NCBI RefSeq assembly: GCF_006345805.1
Contig: NC_043000.1
Span: forward strand, 68,572,001-68,636,000
Origin: Octopus sinensis
Taxonomy: Eukaryota
Direction of reading: 5' to 3'
Length of the DNA stretch: 64,000 nt
Shown here: one piece after another, positions 12,177 through 26,566 of the stretch
Layout: every line of letters begins with the position of its first letter
Numbering within the stretch: the stretch's first letter is position 1
The notes under the pieces: model-generated
Databases searched by the model: none
What the model was told of the DNA's origin: nothing
What the model saw: the letters and a program-made list of their open reading frames with translations, nothing else
Translations under genes and position numbers: made by a program

Positions 12177-13890
12177 CACTGGGTAACAAAAAACATTTTT
12201 GTGTGTTGCCTGGAATTCTTAAGTGATTTTGCCTACTAGATTCAAAAAATTACGTCAGTTTTTCTCTATCAGGTCTAGTTTTCTTATTAGACCTGATAGA
12301 GTAAGTATTTTATTTATACAAGAGGCATATAATATGAATCAATAAAGCGGGTGTAACACAAAACAAAACAAAGTACAAATAAAAATTCAAAATTGAAAAT
12401 GTACATTGGCAAAGATTTTTGGCAGAAAATTCAAGGAATAAATTTAAGTTTCTTTGTGCACCGTGAATGTTGAGCAAATGGAGTATCTCGATTAAACACC
12501 AGCAATAGTCTGCCATCATCACAGTGCCCCAACATCCTTGGTACCGAATTTCTATCTCCTTGATGTCCTGATGGGATCGTTCGCCTAACATCGCCAAGAT
12601 TTTCAGGAAAACGATCAAGAAGACTAAAAGGATAATGCATTTTGATGCTCATATTCATGCCAATATCACGAAAAGTTGATATCAAGTTGGTAAGAAGATC
12701 TTTATAGTTTTCACTTCCGTCTTTCCCAAGGAAATTTTGCACTACTTCTGCAAAGACTAGCCAAGCTGATGCTTCATTTTCGCTCATCGTTTTCAGAAAT
12801 TTGTATCCTTCAAGAGCTTACGGATCTTTGGGCCATCAAAGATCCCTGCTTTAAGTTTTTCAGTCGTCAAGTCTGGAGATACGCTGCAGATATACTTGAA
12901 GCACTCCCCATTTTTGCCAAGAGCTTTGACGAATTGCTTGATCAATCCGAGTTTGATGTGTGAAGGGGGTAAATGATCTTAACTCGCTAAACTAAAGGCT
13001 CTTCCAATATATTGGCAACTCTACATGGAGCTATATTTGTTCGAGGCGGCCAATCTTTCTTAATATAGTGGTTTACTAGGTCCCTACTGTCCCACGTGCA
13101 AAGAAAGCATGGGTATTTGGTGTAACCATATTGCTGCCCCATGAGAAAATTCACCATCTTTAAGTCAACGCAGATGACCTATATATGATCATGATACAGT
13201 ATCTTCTCTAAAACCAACTTAATTTCTTCGTATTTTTCCTTCAGAGTTTTTGAGTGGCCGAGTGGGACAGAGCCATACACATTTCCATTGCGCAACCATA
13301 CACATTTTAAACTACGCTTAGAGTTGTTTATGAAAAGACGTCATTCTTCTGGCTTGTATTCCTCAATGCCAAGTTTATTAAGAAGCCCACTGACATCTCT
13401 GCAGCAAACCAACTTTCCTCATTTGGGAAGAAAGAAAGGAACTCTTCATGCTGACTCCGATAAAAGGTTATACGGACACCATTCTCAAGAAGATTCTTCT
13501 CTTTCGGTTGGGAAGCCAACAGTTCTACAGAACTTTTGGTGGTGGTGGTGGGGGTGGGGTTCAAGTCACGAACTAGACCATTCAGTTCTACCTGGGAGAT
13601 TAGCTGAGGTAAAGTCTCAGCTGAAAAGTCTTGATCTCTAGTGTCCTCTTCAGGTGATGAACCTTCTTTGATTGAGGATAAAGTTATCTGAAGCAAGACA
13701 TTGAAGACAGGAACAGGAAGCTCTTCACTGTGTGGAACCGGTCTAATAGCAGAGGCAAGATTTGGATAGACAAGCGTTTGTCGATTTTTCTGGTTAATAT
13801 CCTTCAAATTTAGGTTACAAAAATAGTAGTCGTCCCCGTGATTATAGGGCTCCCGCCATACCATTAGTATAGCAAACATCATACTTTCCT
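12177..13890 (-). mobile_element. Decayed DNA transposon, Chapaev3-like transposase pseudogene, 5'-truncated
   Basis: Motifs VWREPYNHGDDYYFC, YPNLASAIRPVPH, ELNGLVRDL..SVELLASQPKEKNLL, VICVDLKMVNFL, GYTKYPCFLC(T)WDSR, VQNFLG, MSIKMHY; terminus CACTGGGTAACAAAAAA at 12177; stops and frameshifts. The Chapaev3 assignment is recalled, not searched. Confidence 0.8.
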
Positions 13891-13995
13891 TGCAAAGTCT
13901 ACCTCGGCGGAATTTGAACTCAGAACGTAGTGACGGGCGAAATACTGCTAAGCATTTCGTCCAGCGTTCTAACGATACTGCCAGCTCGCTGCGTT
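13890..13995 (-). mobile_element. SINE family A 5' part at the transposon truncation point
   Basis: aaagtctacctcggcggaatttgaactcagaacg ... ctgccagctcgc. Confidence 0.8.
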
Positions 13996-14630
13996 AATCT
14001 TTGATAGTAATAATAGTAATAGTTATACCTAGTTATTATTTTCGACGTGGTTGTGGTGGTGGTGGTGATGGTGGTGGTGGTGGTGGTGGTGGTGGTGGAG
14101 GCGGCGGCGGCGGCGGCGGCGGCGGTGCTGGCGGTGGCGGCGGTATGTGTGGTGGTGGGTTGCAGTGGTGGTAAGTGGCGGGATAGTGGGTGATAGTAGA
14201 CGCTGTCAGTCGTAGATATTAAGAGTTAAAGGATCCTCATCCAATAATAATACTTTTTGCTTTACAACTTTCACCAATCTCAACCAAATGCTATCTTCAA
14301 CAGATACCACCCGTCAAGACCAATACTTCCACTTCTTTTACGTTTCTTCAAGTTCTGCACTAAGCGACATTTAACAGCCAACAAACCAACTAAACTAATG
14401 GCCCCGCTATCATCCTTCTCCACCATGAGTACCACTATTATCACCAGCATCGCTGAAGCCACCACCACCACCACCACCATCTTTCAATAACAATTCTTAA
14501 GAATCCCGCAGACAGTTTCGTTTCAGCGCTACAAAGACAAGTGGTTCAGACGACATTCTCCACATTATTCTGAGATCTGCCACCCCATCAACTTCCATAT
14601 AATCCTACCTAGGATATTTCATTCACTTAC

Positions 14631-14686
14631 CAGTCACCCACATTATTTCATATTCAAGTAAACATCTCGATGTCTTGAGAGGCGAG
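14631..14686 (-). CDS. Candidate 56-nt exon (SPLKTSRCLLEYEIMWVT)
   Basis: Acceptor ctctctctttcag|, donor TG|gtaagt, one open phase (2 to 1). The pyrimidine tract is a microsatellite, so this may be chance. Confidence 0.25.
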
Positions 14687-14983
14687 CTGAAAGAGAGAGA
14701 AAGAGATGAGGTGGGGCTGTGTATCAATTCGACTATCAGTTAATCTCATCCGCCCACCCCCACTCACATACAACATTTTCCTATAATAAACATATAACTC
14801 ATGACGTACCTCGGAAGAAGGCTCACCACATTCCTGCCGTACCCTGTCTTTCGCTCACTAATGATGCTGCTATCGCTATCAAAAATCATCGAATTTTCTG
14901 GTCTTATAACATCTCCAAACGAGTCCAAAACTTTATTCTATTCACAATCTTACTTAGCTTGCTCGTGTGTGTGTGTGTTACAC

Positions 14984-15070
<87 letters not shown>

Positions 15071-15585
15071 AAGTTAATCCAAACAAGAAAGTAGAAAAAA
15101 ACACAACAACGCGAGGACGTGGAACAACAATTAACGAAACAAGATGAATTTGGTATTGTTCTTTATTTTGTACGATGATCGTTTCGACCCATCTTGCAAC
15201 TGTCCCTTATGCGTTGCATCAACTTTTCAGTTTGGGTCACTTCAGGTACATTCATACACAAATTGTTTCGCTAAAGATCTCGACTTTGCTCGGTTATGTT
15301 GTTATTTGCCCGCTTCCGTTAGGGAATGAAGCATTGCTATAATTGTCCTTATTATTAAATATCCATAACAGATAATATTAAATAATTGTAAATATAAACG
15401 TATAGACTGTATGCAAGAAAGCAAAAAAAAAGAACAAAACATTTATACCTATTGAAAGTAACTGCGGATGATACTAGATAGCCCAAACCAAGGAAGCAAA
15501 AGGAGTATAAATAACAAATATTGTTGTTGCTTAGTTGTTGTTGCTGTTGTTGCTGCTGTTGTTGTTGTTGCTGTTGTTGCTGCTG

Positions 15586-15617
<32 letters not shown>

Positions 15618-15861
15618 GGTGTTGTTGTTGTTCTCAAGGTCATCTCTGACGGGAAAGTCATATTGAACCTATTTGTATATTCCACAGATGATAGCTTGAA
15701 TCTAGTTTTCATCTACTACCGACAGTATATTGGAAACTGAAATACTACTCCCTGACTAGGTTATAATTTAGCTGTACGTTGTTCTTTCTTCTTCTTTTCT
15801 CTTCTTTTTCTTTTTGTTTTTTGTTTTTCAAAGACTGCTAGATACTTAATTCCTCTCTTAC

Positions 15862-15995
15862 TCTTTGTCAGAGATCAAATTCGTGAGCAGGTCTATGATA
15901 TTTGTTTGTGCATGAGAGGAATGTCTTGCAACGACAGAACAGCAAAAACAGCAGATATCTAACGGTTCCTCACCACAAGAGCTCCTATACGAAGT
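15862..15995 (-). CDS. Candidate exon (TSYRSSCGEEPLDICCFCC...IIDLLTNLISDK)
   Basis: Acceptor tttattggcag|, donor AGA|gtaaga, 134 nt, only phase 0 open. Confidence 0.35.
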
Positions 15996-17488
15996 CTGCC
16001 AATAAATTTGAGAAGGTAATACATAATACATCTTTTCTATGCCTGATCATTACATGTTATGTGAAGTAAGTTCGCTACAATGGGATTTCTCAGAGAGGAC
16101 ATTAACATTATGGTCAAGAAAAAAAAGACAGTGTGAGAAATATAATGGACTTGATATCGGCATTCGACTTCTATCATTAGAAAGTAGATAATGAAGAGTC
16201 TCCGAAATGTTAAATACTTACATTACGTTATTCTTAGGATTTCTATAATGGCATCAATAATAAAAGACTAGCACCAAACGTGTCTAAGTCTGGCTGTTTT
16301 TCATTACTTCGAGATTAAACAAAGGACATTTCAAAAACTGAACGTTTTTCGCTCGTTCTGCAATACGTTTTTGATAATGTTAACCGAAGAGTCTATTGGG
16401 TATCCAATAGCTTCTGAAGTTTATGCTAAATCTCTTCTGCAGTAAATACTGCCACTGCAGAATTCGGGATCCGGACAAAGTCCCCTAGGACAAATCCCAC
16501 CTAGGACAAAACCTCCTTAGTTAAAGTGCGAAAGCGGACAAAACCCACTCGGTTATATTTTTTGGTTACTTTTCGTTTTTTTGGGTGTTTTTTTTCTAAA
16601 AAGTTTTTTACTTTTTTCAGTCATTGGACTGCAGCCATGCTGGTTGCCCCGCCTTGAGGAATTTTTAGTCGACTGTATCGACTCCGGAATTTCTTTATTT
16701 TCATACTTGTTTCAGTCATTAGACTGCGGTCATGCTAGGGCACCACTTTGAAGAACAGTCGCAGAAAAATCAGCATTTTAAAATTTGAAGTCTTTTGTTT
16801 TGTTTTGTCTGCACTTAGAGATTAATGAGAATGAGCTGACCTATTGAACTTTCTCTGGCCGTTGAAGACCTAACAGAATTATGGCGCCGAAAGCTAGTCG
16901 TTCAAACGTACTGCTTATCGTTTCTGTCTTTCTATACATTTCTTAAAGGATTGTTAAGATTCAGACAAAATGTACATTGAGTAGAAAAGAGTCTTGTGTT
17001 ACATATTTATTTTCGATTGAATATATTTTTGTTTACTTAAAAATAGGAATTTTAGAAAATAATTGTTTTTTTACAGACTCGCTTTGTTTTTGTTTAGGAG
17101 AAATTGTAAAAATAAATTCAAGAAATTTGGCTGTTATTTCTAGCATGTGGAGAGACCTTCTAGGCTTAACTTCATGCGCTGGCTGAAAGTCACCTAAAGT
17201 CGTCTAAAAATTTGTGAAGGTGGTGCTCCAGCATGGCCGCAGTTTAATAATCGCAACAAGTAAAGAAGAAAAAAAATTCTGGTGTCGATACGTTCAACTA
17301 AAAATGTTTCAACCCTAACCCAGCATGCCACAGTGTAATGACTGAAACAAGTAAAAGGGGGAAAAACGAAAGGATAACCGACAAATATAACCGAGGGGAG
17401 TTTGCCCACTTTTTTTTAACTATTGGGGTAGAATTCAGTTGGAATTAATGTCCAGTTACATTTCACACAATGATATGAAGGTACGTAC

Positions 17489-17680
17489 CTTGGTGACGAG
17501 CGAAAACTCGCTTGTGCCGGATGCCATTGTCCCACATGCAGTGTTTGTCCACTGCGATGGCTACCAACTCGGCCTGGGAGTCATTAACTGCGTAAAAGTA
17601 TGTAAAGGGCGCTGGAGGATTTATCGACATACTGCACCACTTCTGCAGGTTCATAGTTCAGTCCGTAGTGCATTAGTACT
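17489..17680 (-). pseudogene. Exon-like block with one frameshift (VLMHYGLNYEPAEVVQYVDKSSSALY / YAVNDSQAELVAIAVDKHCMWDNGIRHKRVFARHQ)
   Basis: Branch point plus acceptor ctactaactgcttag|, donor CAAG|gtacgt, many C-ending codons; removing one base of the A4 run at 17594-17597 opens the whole frame. Confidence 0.45.
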
Positions 17681-18181
17681 CTAAGCAGTTAGTAGAAGGA
17701 AAAGGTAGACAACCAGTGCAGCGGAAAAGTTTGTCTACTATACATCGTATTACACTGTGCGTTGTATGTTTCCATTTACTTTTGACACTGTTGCATTTCA
17801 GTGAGGACAACAAGAGAAAGTAAATGAAAGTGCAAGTCTCCTTCTGTCATTTTTGCCTGCTGATCTTTTCGTCCTCTTTGCACAAGTCTTGCTCTGAATC
17901 AAGCTTCTGGTAAAGATGCCATAATCTTCTTCTCTGATGATGAATGTAAGAAGAACATTTATATCTCAGTTAAACTGAGAATCTTGAGATAAAGTAAGAC
18001 GAGTTGGACGTCGAAGGTATGTGGCAAACGCTCAAACGACATGCCACTGAACATGTTTTAGGTGAAACCGAAACGGCGAGGAAAATTGTTATATTTGGAG
18101 AAGTCAATGATCCGTGAGGTTGTTGGAGGCCAAGCAAGAAGTAGTGGAGGGCCTTTCGCCTATTTTCGCTTTCATTCTTAC

Positions 18182-18307
18182 TTTGGATCGGAAGTAAGAC
18201 GCCACTTTTCAGCAAGAACCGCTTATATATTAATGCCAAAAGTGAGCATTCTCTCAACTTTGATGATTTCAAATTCACGGCAGACCTATCGAATGAACCT
18301 GGACGAC
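18182..18307 (-). CDS. Candidate exon (GRPGSFDRSAVNLKSSKLRECSLLALIYKRFLLKSGVLLPIQ)
   Basis: Acceptor tttttcttcag|, donor CAAA|gtaaga, 126 nt, phase 1-1, within a 129-codon ORF. Confidence 0.4.
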
Positions 18308-19467
18308 CTGAAGAAAAAGCATTAAGGTACGAAGCATCAGCTGAGTAGAAGTCACACACTTCGACTGGGTGATTTAGGGTTTTGTATACCTACAAGGTTG
18401 CTTTCTGTGGACTCTTCAAACAGTTTCATACCACTGTAACACTTACCTGTAAACTTTGTGAACTGTAACGTAGGTTTATCTCAAGGTGCAGATGAGCAAA
18501 GACTTACTTATGGAATTCATTGGCAACAATTCACTGGAAAATTTAGGCCAATTAACATTGAAATAATATTTACTTAAATTACTTAAAAGAATCCATCCTT
18601 TATTTCGCAGCAAAGCACTAAAACTGTAGAATTACAATAGTGTAGGTTGTATTTATTACTTCAATAGATGTTGCTGGTTTTCATGTTTCATTCCTTTTAT
18701 TTATTGCAATTTATATACAATGAAACTGATAGTGACTTTCTAGTTGATACATTAAAATAATGAAATTACAAAAACTCATACTATTACTTATAGAAATTTT
18801 ACCCGTCCTTGTAGTTTTCTTGTCGGGTCTTGCCTCGGACTGGTGCAAAATACTGGCTCTGCCGTTGCTTAGAATAACATTGCCTTCTAACTTCGATGCA
18901 AGTATACAAATGTATAGGAAAAGTATGTAGATGATTGACTGGGATTTACATTAACGTCGCTTTAATAAAGAAGCACAAAGTCAAATTTTAAAATGTTTTC
19001 ACCGAAATCTGGGGTTTATTGGAACCTATATTGTGACATACTGAGGTACATTGTACAAATTTATACTATTTGACTTGGTATTTCCATGTTATCGAACCTG
19101 GAATGATGGAAAGCAAATTTGACTCGGATTTGAAGTATGAACATAAATGGCCAAAAACACATACCCCAGAACTTTTTTCTTTTTTTTTATCCTTGAACTA
19201 TCCTCGATTCTGCCAATTCGCCGCCTACCAAGTTTATTTATTTATTTACATATATCTTGACTTATGTTCTCAAGCTTTTATAATTAGTCTGGAAGATTAA
19301 TTTGAGAAGCAGTGAGAAAGTGGCTTCTAAAAACAACGCACAGACACAAAGTAAATGAAATGTATAGACGTACTTTTAATGAAACATCGTTCATTGTGTT
19401 GATCTTTGTTGTCTCTTTATTGAGGTCATCTCTATTTTTCTTTCTTTTTCCCGCCTTTGATGGATGA

Positions 19468-19580
<113 letters not shown>

Positions 19581-19822
19581 AAGAAGCCGACTACATTGAC
19601 AACATGCTGAGTCATTCTTCCACTCTCTGCTATGATGGATTGTAGCGGATATCTTAGTTATCATTGCTGTTTTAGTGGTTACTTAGCCACAGGTCAGTTT
19701 TCACTGTGCTGACCTGTGATTACAGGGCGGATAGTAATCCAAAATCAGGGAAAGGAGTAGATAAAATCCAGGCAACTACTCCATTCCCTACTTTGGGATT
19801 TCTATTGGCACGCGCACGAATG

Positions 19823-19856
<34 letters not shown>

Positions 19857-20953
19857 TGTATGTATGTATGTATGTATGTATATTTTCCTGTGTCACGAAA
19901 TCAGCAATACAATGGGTTTCCAGCCAACGACAATATTCTTTCAAAATATGTTCTGTTGTAACATTATAAGAAATTACTATTTTACAAGTAAAAATAGTCG
20001 CTGCAGACCGGTTGGATTGTTGGAAGTTTTTTGCGACTATTAGCTCCGTGATTCGTAAATCGAACTCTAGTGTTTCCTTGTGCATTTGATTATGATAAAA
20101 CAAAAATGCCTTTGCAAAAATTCAAGTTTCACTTGATTAAACTTTCTCATTATTTCCCTCTGCGAATCTAATCCACGCTTCTATCGTGCATGTTGTCTTC
20201 TACGTCTTTTGCTGTCAATTTAATTTCAGTCTCTTAGTTTTCAATCATTCATCTTCTAAAACGTTCAACCCAAGTTGCATTTAAATCAGTTTAGAACTTG
20301 GGCATTGTCGTTTAGTTCTGTATGTTATCGGATTCATTTCGTTATTTTGTGGTCTTCCACATTGCTTCAGTCAACACAGTTCGTAAACGTGTTACATTGT
20401 CCCTTGCTTGCTTGTTAGTTCTTTGAAAGTCAGTTTATAAGTAAATGTCATAGAATCGACAGCTGTAACTAGTTGGTTGAGTTATTGTTGTGTTTCTGTA
20501 TCCCATTGTAATAGATTCAAATCATTTCATGTGTTACTTATGATATGATGGAAGTAATAATCTTAGTCCATTGTTCAACCCCATTGCCACCGAGGAAACA
20601 ATGTTTGATCAATAGTGTATTGACTCACTAGCTGTGAAAGCACTGCGTGTGGTCAGGGCCGACCATAGGAGGTGCGTGACCCTATTGGGAACAATTTTGA
20701 TTGGCGCCAGGTTCCTAGTCAACGAGCACCTCGGAGTTTCTTTTTTTTTTCTTCGTTTTGTTTTCAGGTGCTATCAACTAATCTCGCCTCCTAAGATACT
20801 GCAGAGGACTTTTTTTCTCCTTTGCGGCATATTAGGTGATTAGAATAGTGGCTGTTTTGCATGTTTAATATCTGCTATTTCTAGTATACTAAACAGTCAC
20901 GATAAGGATGGGCTGCCTTTCAGTTTATTTAAAAAAAGAGTATAATATGCGCC

Positions 20954-20987
<34 letters not shown>

Positions 20988-21044
20988 TATATGTGTGTAT
21001 ATGATGTATATGTATGTGTATACGTATATATATATATATATATA

Positions 21045-21322
21045 TGGCACCGTGTTGGTGTCACGTAAAAGCATCCAGTCCACGCTGTAAAGTGGTGGTG
21101 TTAGGAAGGGTATCTTGCCGTTGAAACTATGCTACCGTGCGGTGCCACGTAAAAGCACTCAGTTCACGCTGTAAAGTGGTGGCGTTAGGAAGGACATCCA
21201 GCCGTTAAAGCCATGCTAAACCAGACGAGTGCTAGACGTAGCCCCGGGCTTGAAGGTCCCTGTTAACCGTCCAACCTATGCCAGCATGGAAAACGGAAAA
21301 ATGGAAAAATGATGATGATGAT
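21045..21322 (+). mobile_element. Retroposon 3' tail (RTE-like tail family) ending in (GAT)n
   Basis: cacgtaaaagca..cacgctgtaaagtggt..gttaggaagg unit duplicated; ends ccaacctatgccagcatggaaaacgga...gatgatgatgat. Confidence 0.7.
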
Positions 21323-22009
21323 AGCGGTTCGACAAAAGAGACCGATAAAATGAGCACTAGGCTTACAAAGAATAAGTCCTGGGGTTGATTTGTTCGACCA
21401 AAGTCGGTGCTCCAGCATGGCCACAGTAAAATGACTGAAATAAGTGAAAAAAAAAGACTATATAAAATACACTGTATTGAAATTTTAAAATGTTTCCCCA
21501 AAATTAAACATATTTATAGAAACTGACACACAGAAAACATACGCGCACATATATACATACAATTTTACCCACATGTATATGGGTAAAATTGTATGTAAAA
21601 GCATTTTTTAATTTCAATAAAGACCATGTAGAGTTTTTAAAAGATTTTAGGGAGACCACCTTCATGAAATGCTGCAGTATAGAATAAGAACCTCTTGAGC
21701 GCGGGGCCCGATTGGAAGCAATTGGTCCAATCGGCTTAAGGCCGGCCCTGCGTGTGGTTGTTCTCTGCTCTGTGCAACCGAGTACACCCAGCTTTAAGTA
21801 GGTACTACAACAGAAAATATTGTATAACAGAGGAGAGTTTTGCTGGATCAGTTCTTTCTGCAGTGAAAGCTTTGTGCGAAGAACTAGCACCGAGTCCCAG
21901 AAGAAATGTATCTCTCTACCATTTTACACAATTAAAACCAGAAGTCAGATCCTTCTCAATGAATCTCTGCAGATTGGAAGCTGATTCAGGTTTTCTTTCG
22001 AATATTATC

Positions 22010-22101
22010 AGCATCATCATCATCATCATCATCACCACCACCACCATCATCATCCTCATCATCTTCATCGTCATCATCATCATCATCATCATCATCACCA
22101 C

Positions 22102-22149
<48 letters not shown>

Positions 22150-22249
22150 TATTATCATCATCTTCTTCTTCTGTTCCTCCCCTTCTTCTCAACCCCTTCT
22201 CTCTCTCTCTCTCTCTCTCTTTCTTTCTCTCTCTCTCTCTCTCACTCTT

Positions 22250-22282
<33 letters not shown>
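22010..22282. repeat. (CAT)n, (CT)n and (CA)n microsatellites
   Basis: Direct reading. Confidence 0.95.
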
Positions 22283-22780
22283 TATTCTATTTTTTTCTCC
22301 CATTCTTCACTTCTCCACACCTTTCATTTTTAAACAATTCGCTGTTTGGAAAGTTAACAAAGAAATTCTAAATTTTTACACTGTTCACTAAGAAACAGAC
22401 GGCCGTCTAAATTCCTGCTTATCAAATGTAATTTCACTAGACTGACTGCTAGTGTTTTACTAATCCGACATGACCACTCTCAATTACTCACTCTCGTCTA
22501 ATTAGTCACGACTGGATTGTTATGTAAACTCAGTGCCTATGCTATCAATATCGTTTCTTGGGAGTAATTCAGTTAGACTTTTCAAACGGGAAACAAATGA
22601 TATGTATAAGTGTGTGTGTGTGTGCATGTAAAATAAGATTGCTTCCCATTGAAGCTCTTGAAGCTCCAAATCGCAACCGAATATGTAGATTATGTCGTAT
22701 TTCTGAGAAAGACATCCTTTGCATATCATATGATTGTAAACTCTCCAACACCAAGGCAATGATACACAAACACTACTTAC

Positions 22781-22909
22781 GTCTGGTTAGATAACTTATA
22801 CAAATGAATGATCAAAGAATCTCGAGACAGACCTGTATGATGAGCTTGTATGAAGGAGGCACCCTTAGCATGAACCAAGCTTGCGGTGTAAAGATTGTGT
22901 ACATTCCTT
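22781..22909 (-). CDS. Candidate exon (RNVHNLYTASLVHAKGASFIQAHHTGLSRDSLIIHLYKLSNQ)
   Basis: Acceptor ctttccag| (alternative same-phase acceptor ttcttttctag| starting at 22939), donor AC|gtaagt, 129 nt, only phase 2-2 open. Confidence 0.4.
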
Positions 22910-23424
22910 CTGGAAAGCTTGTGAAAGAAGTAAAGTCCACTAGAAAAGAAATGCTTTTGATCGTCACCAATAGAGAAAATGAACAATGGATGGTCGAATA
23001 TTGTTGAAAAAGCACGAAAAACACGATTTGTGAAATGGGAAGTTAAGTTTGGTCAGTGACATTTGTAACTGAGTACGTCTTTTCATGTCTAGGATCGCAA
23101 GTCACCAATGCAAACATCACTTCATGCAAAAAAAAAAAAGAAAAGACAGAAAGAAAAAACTAACTCCAATATGTTTATGAGGAACATGTTGCGTAACTTG
23201 TAAGTTATGTTGGGAGGTTTGTAAATCTATCAGTGGCGAAAATAGACACAGAGGTATACATCGGAACATACTTGTGCCTACTGATGGGCAGACAAGGCTT
23301 TGTTTGCAAGGTTTGCCAAAAGACAAATGAATGTATAACGAACTTGAAGAGCCAATGTCGATAGTATGATTTTTTACAGTAGTCTAAGATGGCCTTCCTC
23401 GGACACGAGTGGAGAGCAATAATC

Positions 23425-24680
<1,256 letters not shown>

Positions 24681-24859
24681 ATACATACATATCTACGAAA
24701 CAAGATATAAATAATACAAGAATAGATAACAGAAGAGTGTAGTAATTAGAAGGAATGTTGCTTATGAAAAATTAATATTTTATCGTAGGATGGGAAAATG
24801 TTGATAAAGAAATACTATATTCTGTAAGCTAATTTAAAGCTCATATACAATGATTAAGC

Positions 24860-24921
<62 letters not shown>

Positions 24922-25021
24922 GATATATGGAAAAGAGTAAGATTTTTCAGAAATTTAGCATTTGTACAACTCTTTTGAACAGTGAAATGTATTTTTAAAA
25001 AACTTTGCTTCTTAATTGAAA

Positions 25022-25076
<55 letters not shown>

Positions 25077-25899
25077 TGTGTGTGTGTGTGTTGTGCGTGT
25101 AAATAGTAATGTAGGGTGAGTGAATATTGCACCTGAAAAGTGTACAAAAGCATGTTTCTTTTTATTTCCAACTACGAGAATATATCAGCAAATATTACCC
25201 TTACTTATAAATATAATATAACTAAAACAACATAATACCATCTGTAGTAAGGTATTGTCTATTTAGAAAAGCTATAGGCATTGTAGATACTGAATGTACT
25301 TACTCCTTTAAAAATAAATAATACTAGTGGAGTATTCTAATAAAAATATCTACGAAGTGCAGACATAACAGATCTGTTGTATTGTCCTTTGATGTAGTGA
25401 ATAAAAAGAATGTAATGTTGTAGAAATTGGTGTTACGACTGTTGGAACCTGCTAGAGGGAACATTTACAGAACCTTTCAATTGTTGAATGACATCTCAGA
25501 TTGTTGAGTGTATGAGATACAAACAACCTGGTGAAAGGATCGTCACTTCGTATTCTATCATTGGCGCTGTGTCTGTGAGTGTGTGTGCGTGTCCCCGATA
25601 TATGTAACCAAACTGTCAATAGAAAACTCCTATCTCTAAATAGGCAACACTGTTGGTATAAGTAAAGCAGAAATCGGTAACTGAGACTGGATTGCTGTAA
25701 CATGCTCAATAATTCTTTCGATGGCAAAGTTTACTTGCAATAGAAAATCATTCCGTCTAAAATATGAATATAGATGTAAATGTAAATATAAATATAAATA
25801 TGAATATATATGTGTGTGTGTGTGTGTGTTTGTGTGTCTATGGGCCGACTGAGTAAATCTATCAATCTATCTATCTACCTATCTAAATGTATATAAATA

Positions 25900-26154
25900 C
25901 AGTGTACATTTAAACACATAAGAAGCATCCATCATAGGACTTCTTTCACGCTAGAGAGAACAGTTAAATTCCAACCCACTATTAGGGATAAAATTTCGAA
26001 AGAAATGAAAAATAAAAATATTTACCTTCTAACTCCTTCGTATTTTTCATTCCATTCGAAATTTTATCCCTAATAGTGGTTTGGAATTTAACTGTTCTCT
26101 CTAGCGTGCAAGGAGTCCTATGATGGAGGCCTCTTACGTGTTTAAACGTAACTG
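25900..26154. mobile_element. Foldback MITE, Tc1/mariner type (TA|CAGT...ACTG|TA)
   Basis: Inverted arms of ~120 bp (25891-26013 and 26041-26163), roughly 90% identical by eye, ~27-nt loop, TA flanks. Confidence 0.75.
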
Positions 26155-26566
26155 TATTTATATGAATAATATAGTCTATTGACTAAATTTTTACACGCTA
26201 GGCCACTGTAATGGAAGTTTCTAATATTTCCGATTACCCTTTGATATTAATTATCTATATATATATAAGTATATATATATATATATATAAATTAAAACCT
26301 TACCTGTCATTATGGTTCTGCGGTACGTACCAAAGCGGGCCTTGCCGCCCATTCAAAAAGAAAAAAAAAGAAAAGAAAAAAGAGAAAAAACACATAGTAA
26401 ATGATCCACAAACATTAGAGAAAAGTGAGTCCTCAACATGTTCCGTTTGCAAAAAGGTTTGCAAGAGACACATTCGTGTCTACAGAACACGATTACTGCT
26501 TTATTCTACTGAAACCTCATTTGTCGTTCACAACGAAAGAAGCTAACATACATGTGTATATATATA

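Noticed and set aside
16270-16445. 57-codon plus-strand frame with channel-pore-like MLTEESIGYP
   Set aside because: No splice sites, weak resemblance, and expected by chance in AT-rich DNA.
18062-18330. Plus-strand frame with TGA/TAG that A-to-I editing could convert to Trp
   Set aside because: No homology or structure supports it, and it overlaps a better minus-strand exon candidate.
20100-20460. Stop-riddled coiled-coil-like frame on the minus strand
   Set aside because: Too degraded to assign; probably an old TE relic.
25450-25756. Exon-like start (RNDFLLQVNFAIERIIEHV...) after a minus-strand acceptor
   Set aside because: Hits a stop after ~39 codons with no good donor; not supportable as an exon.
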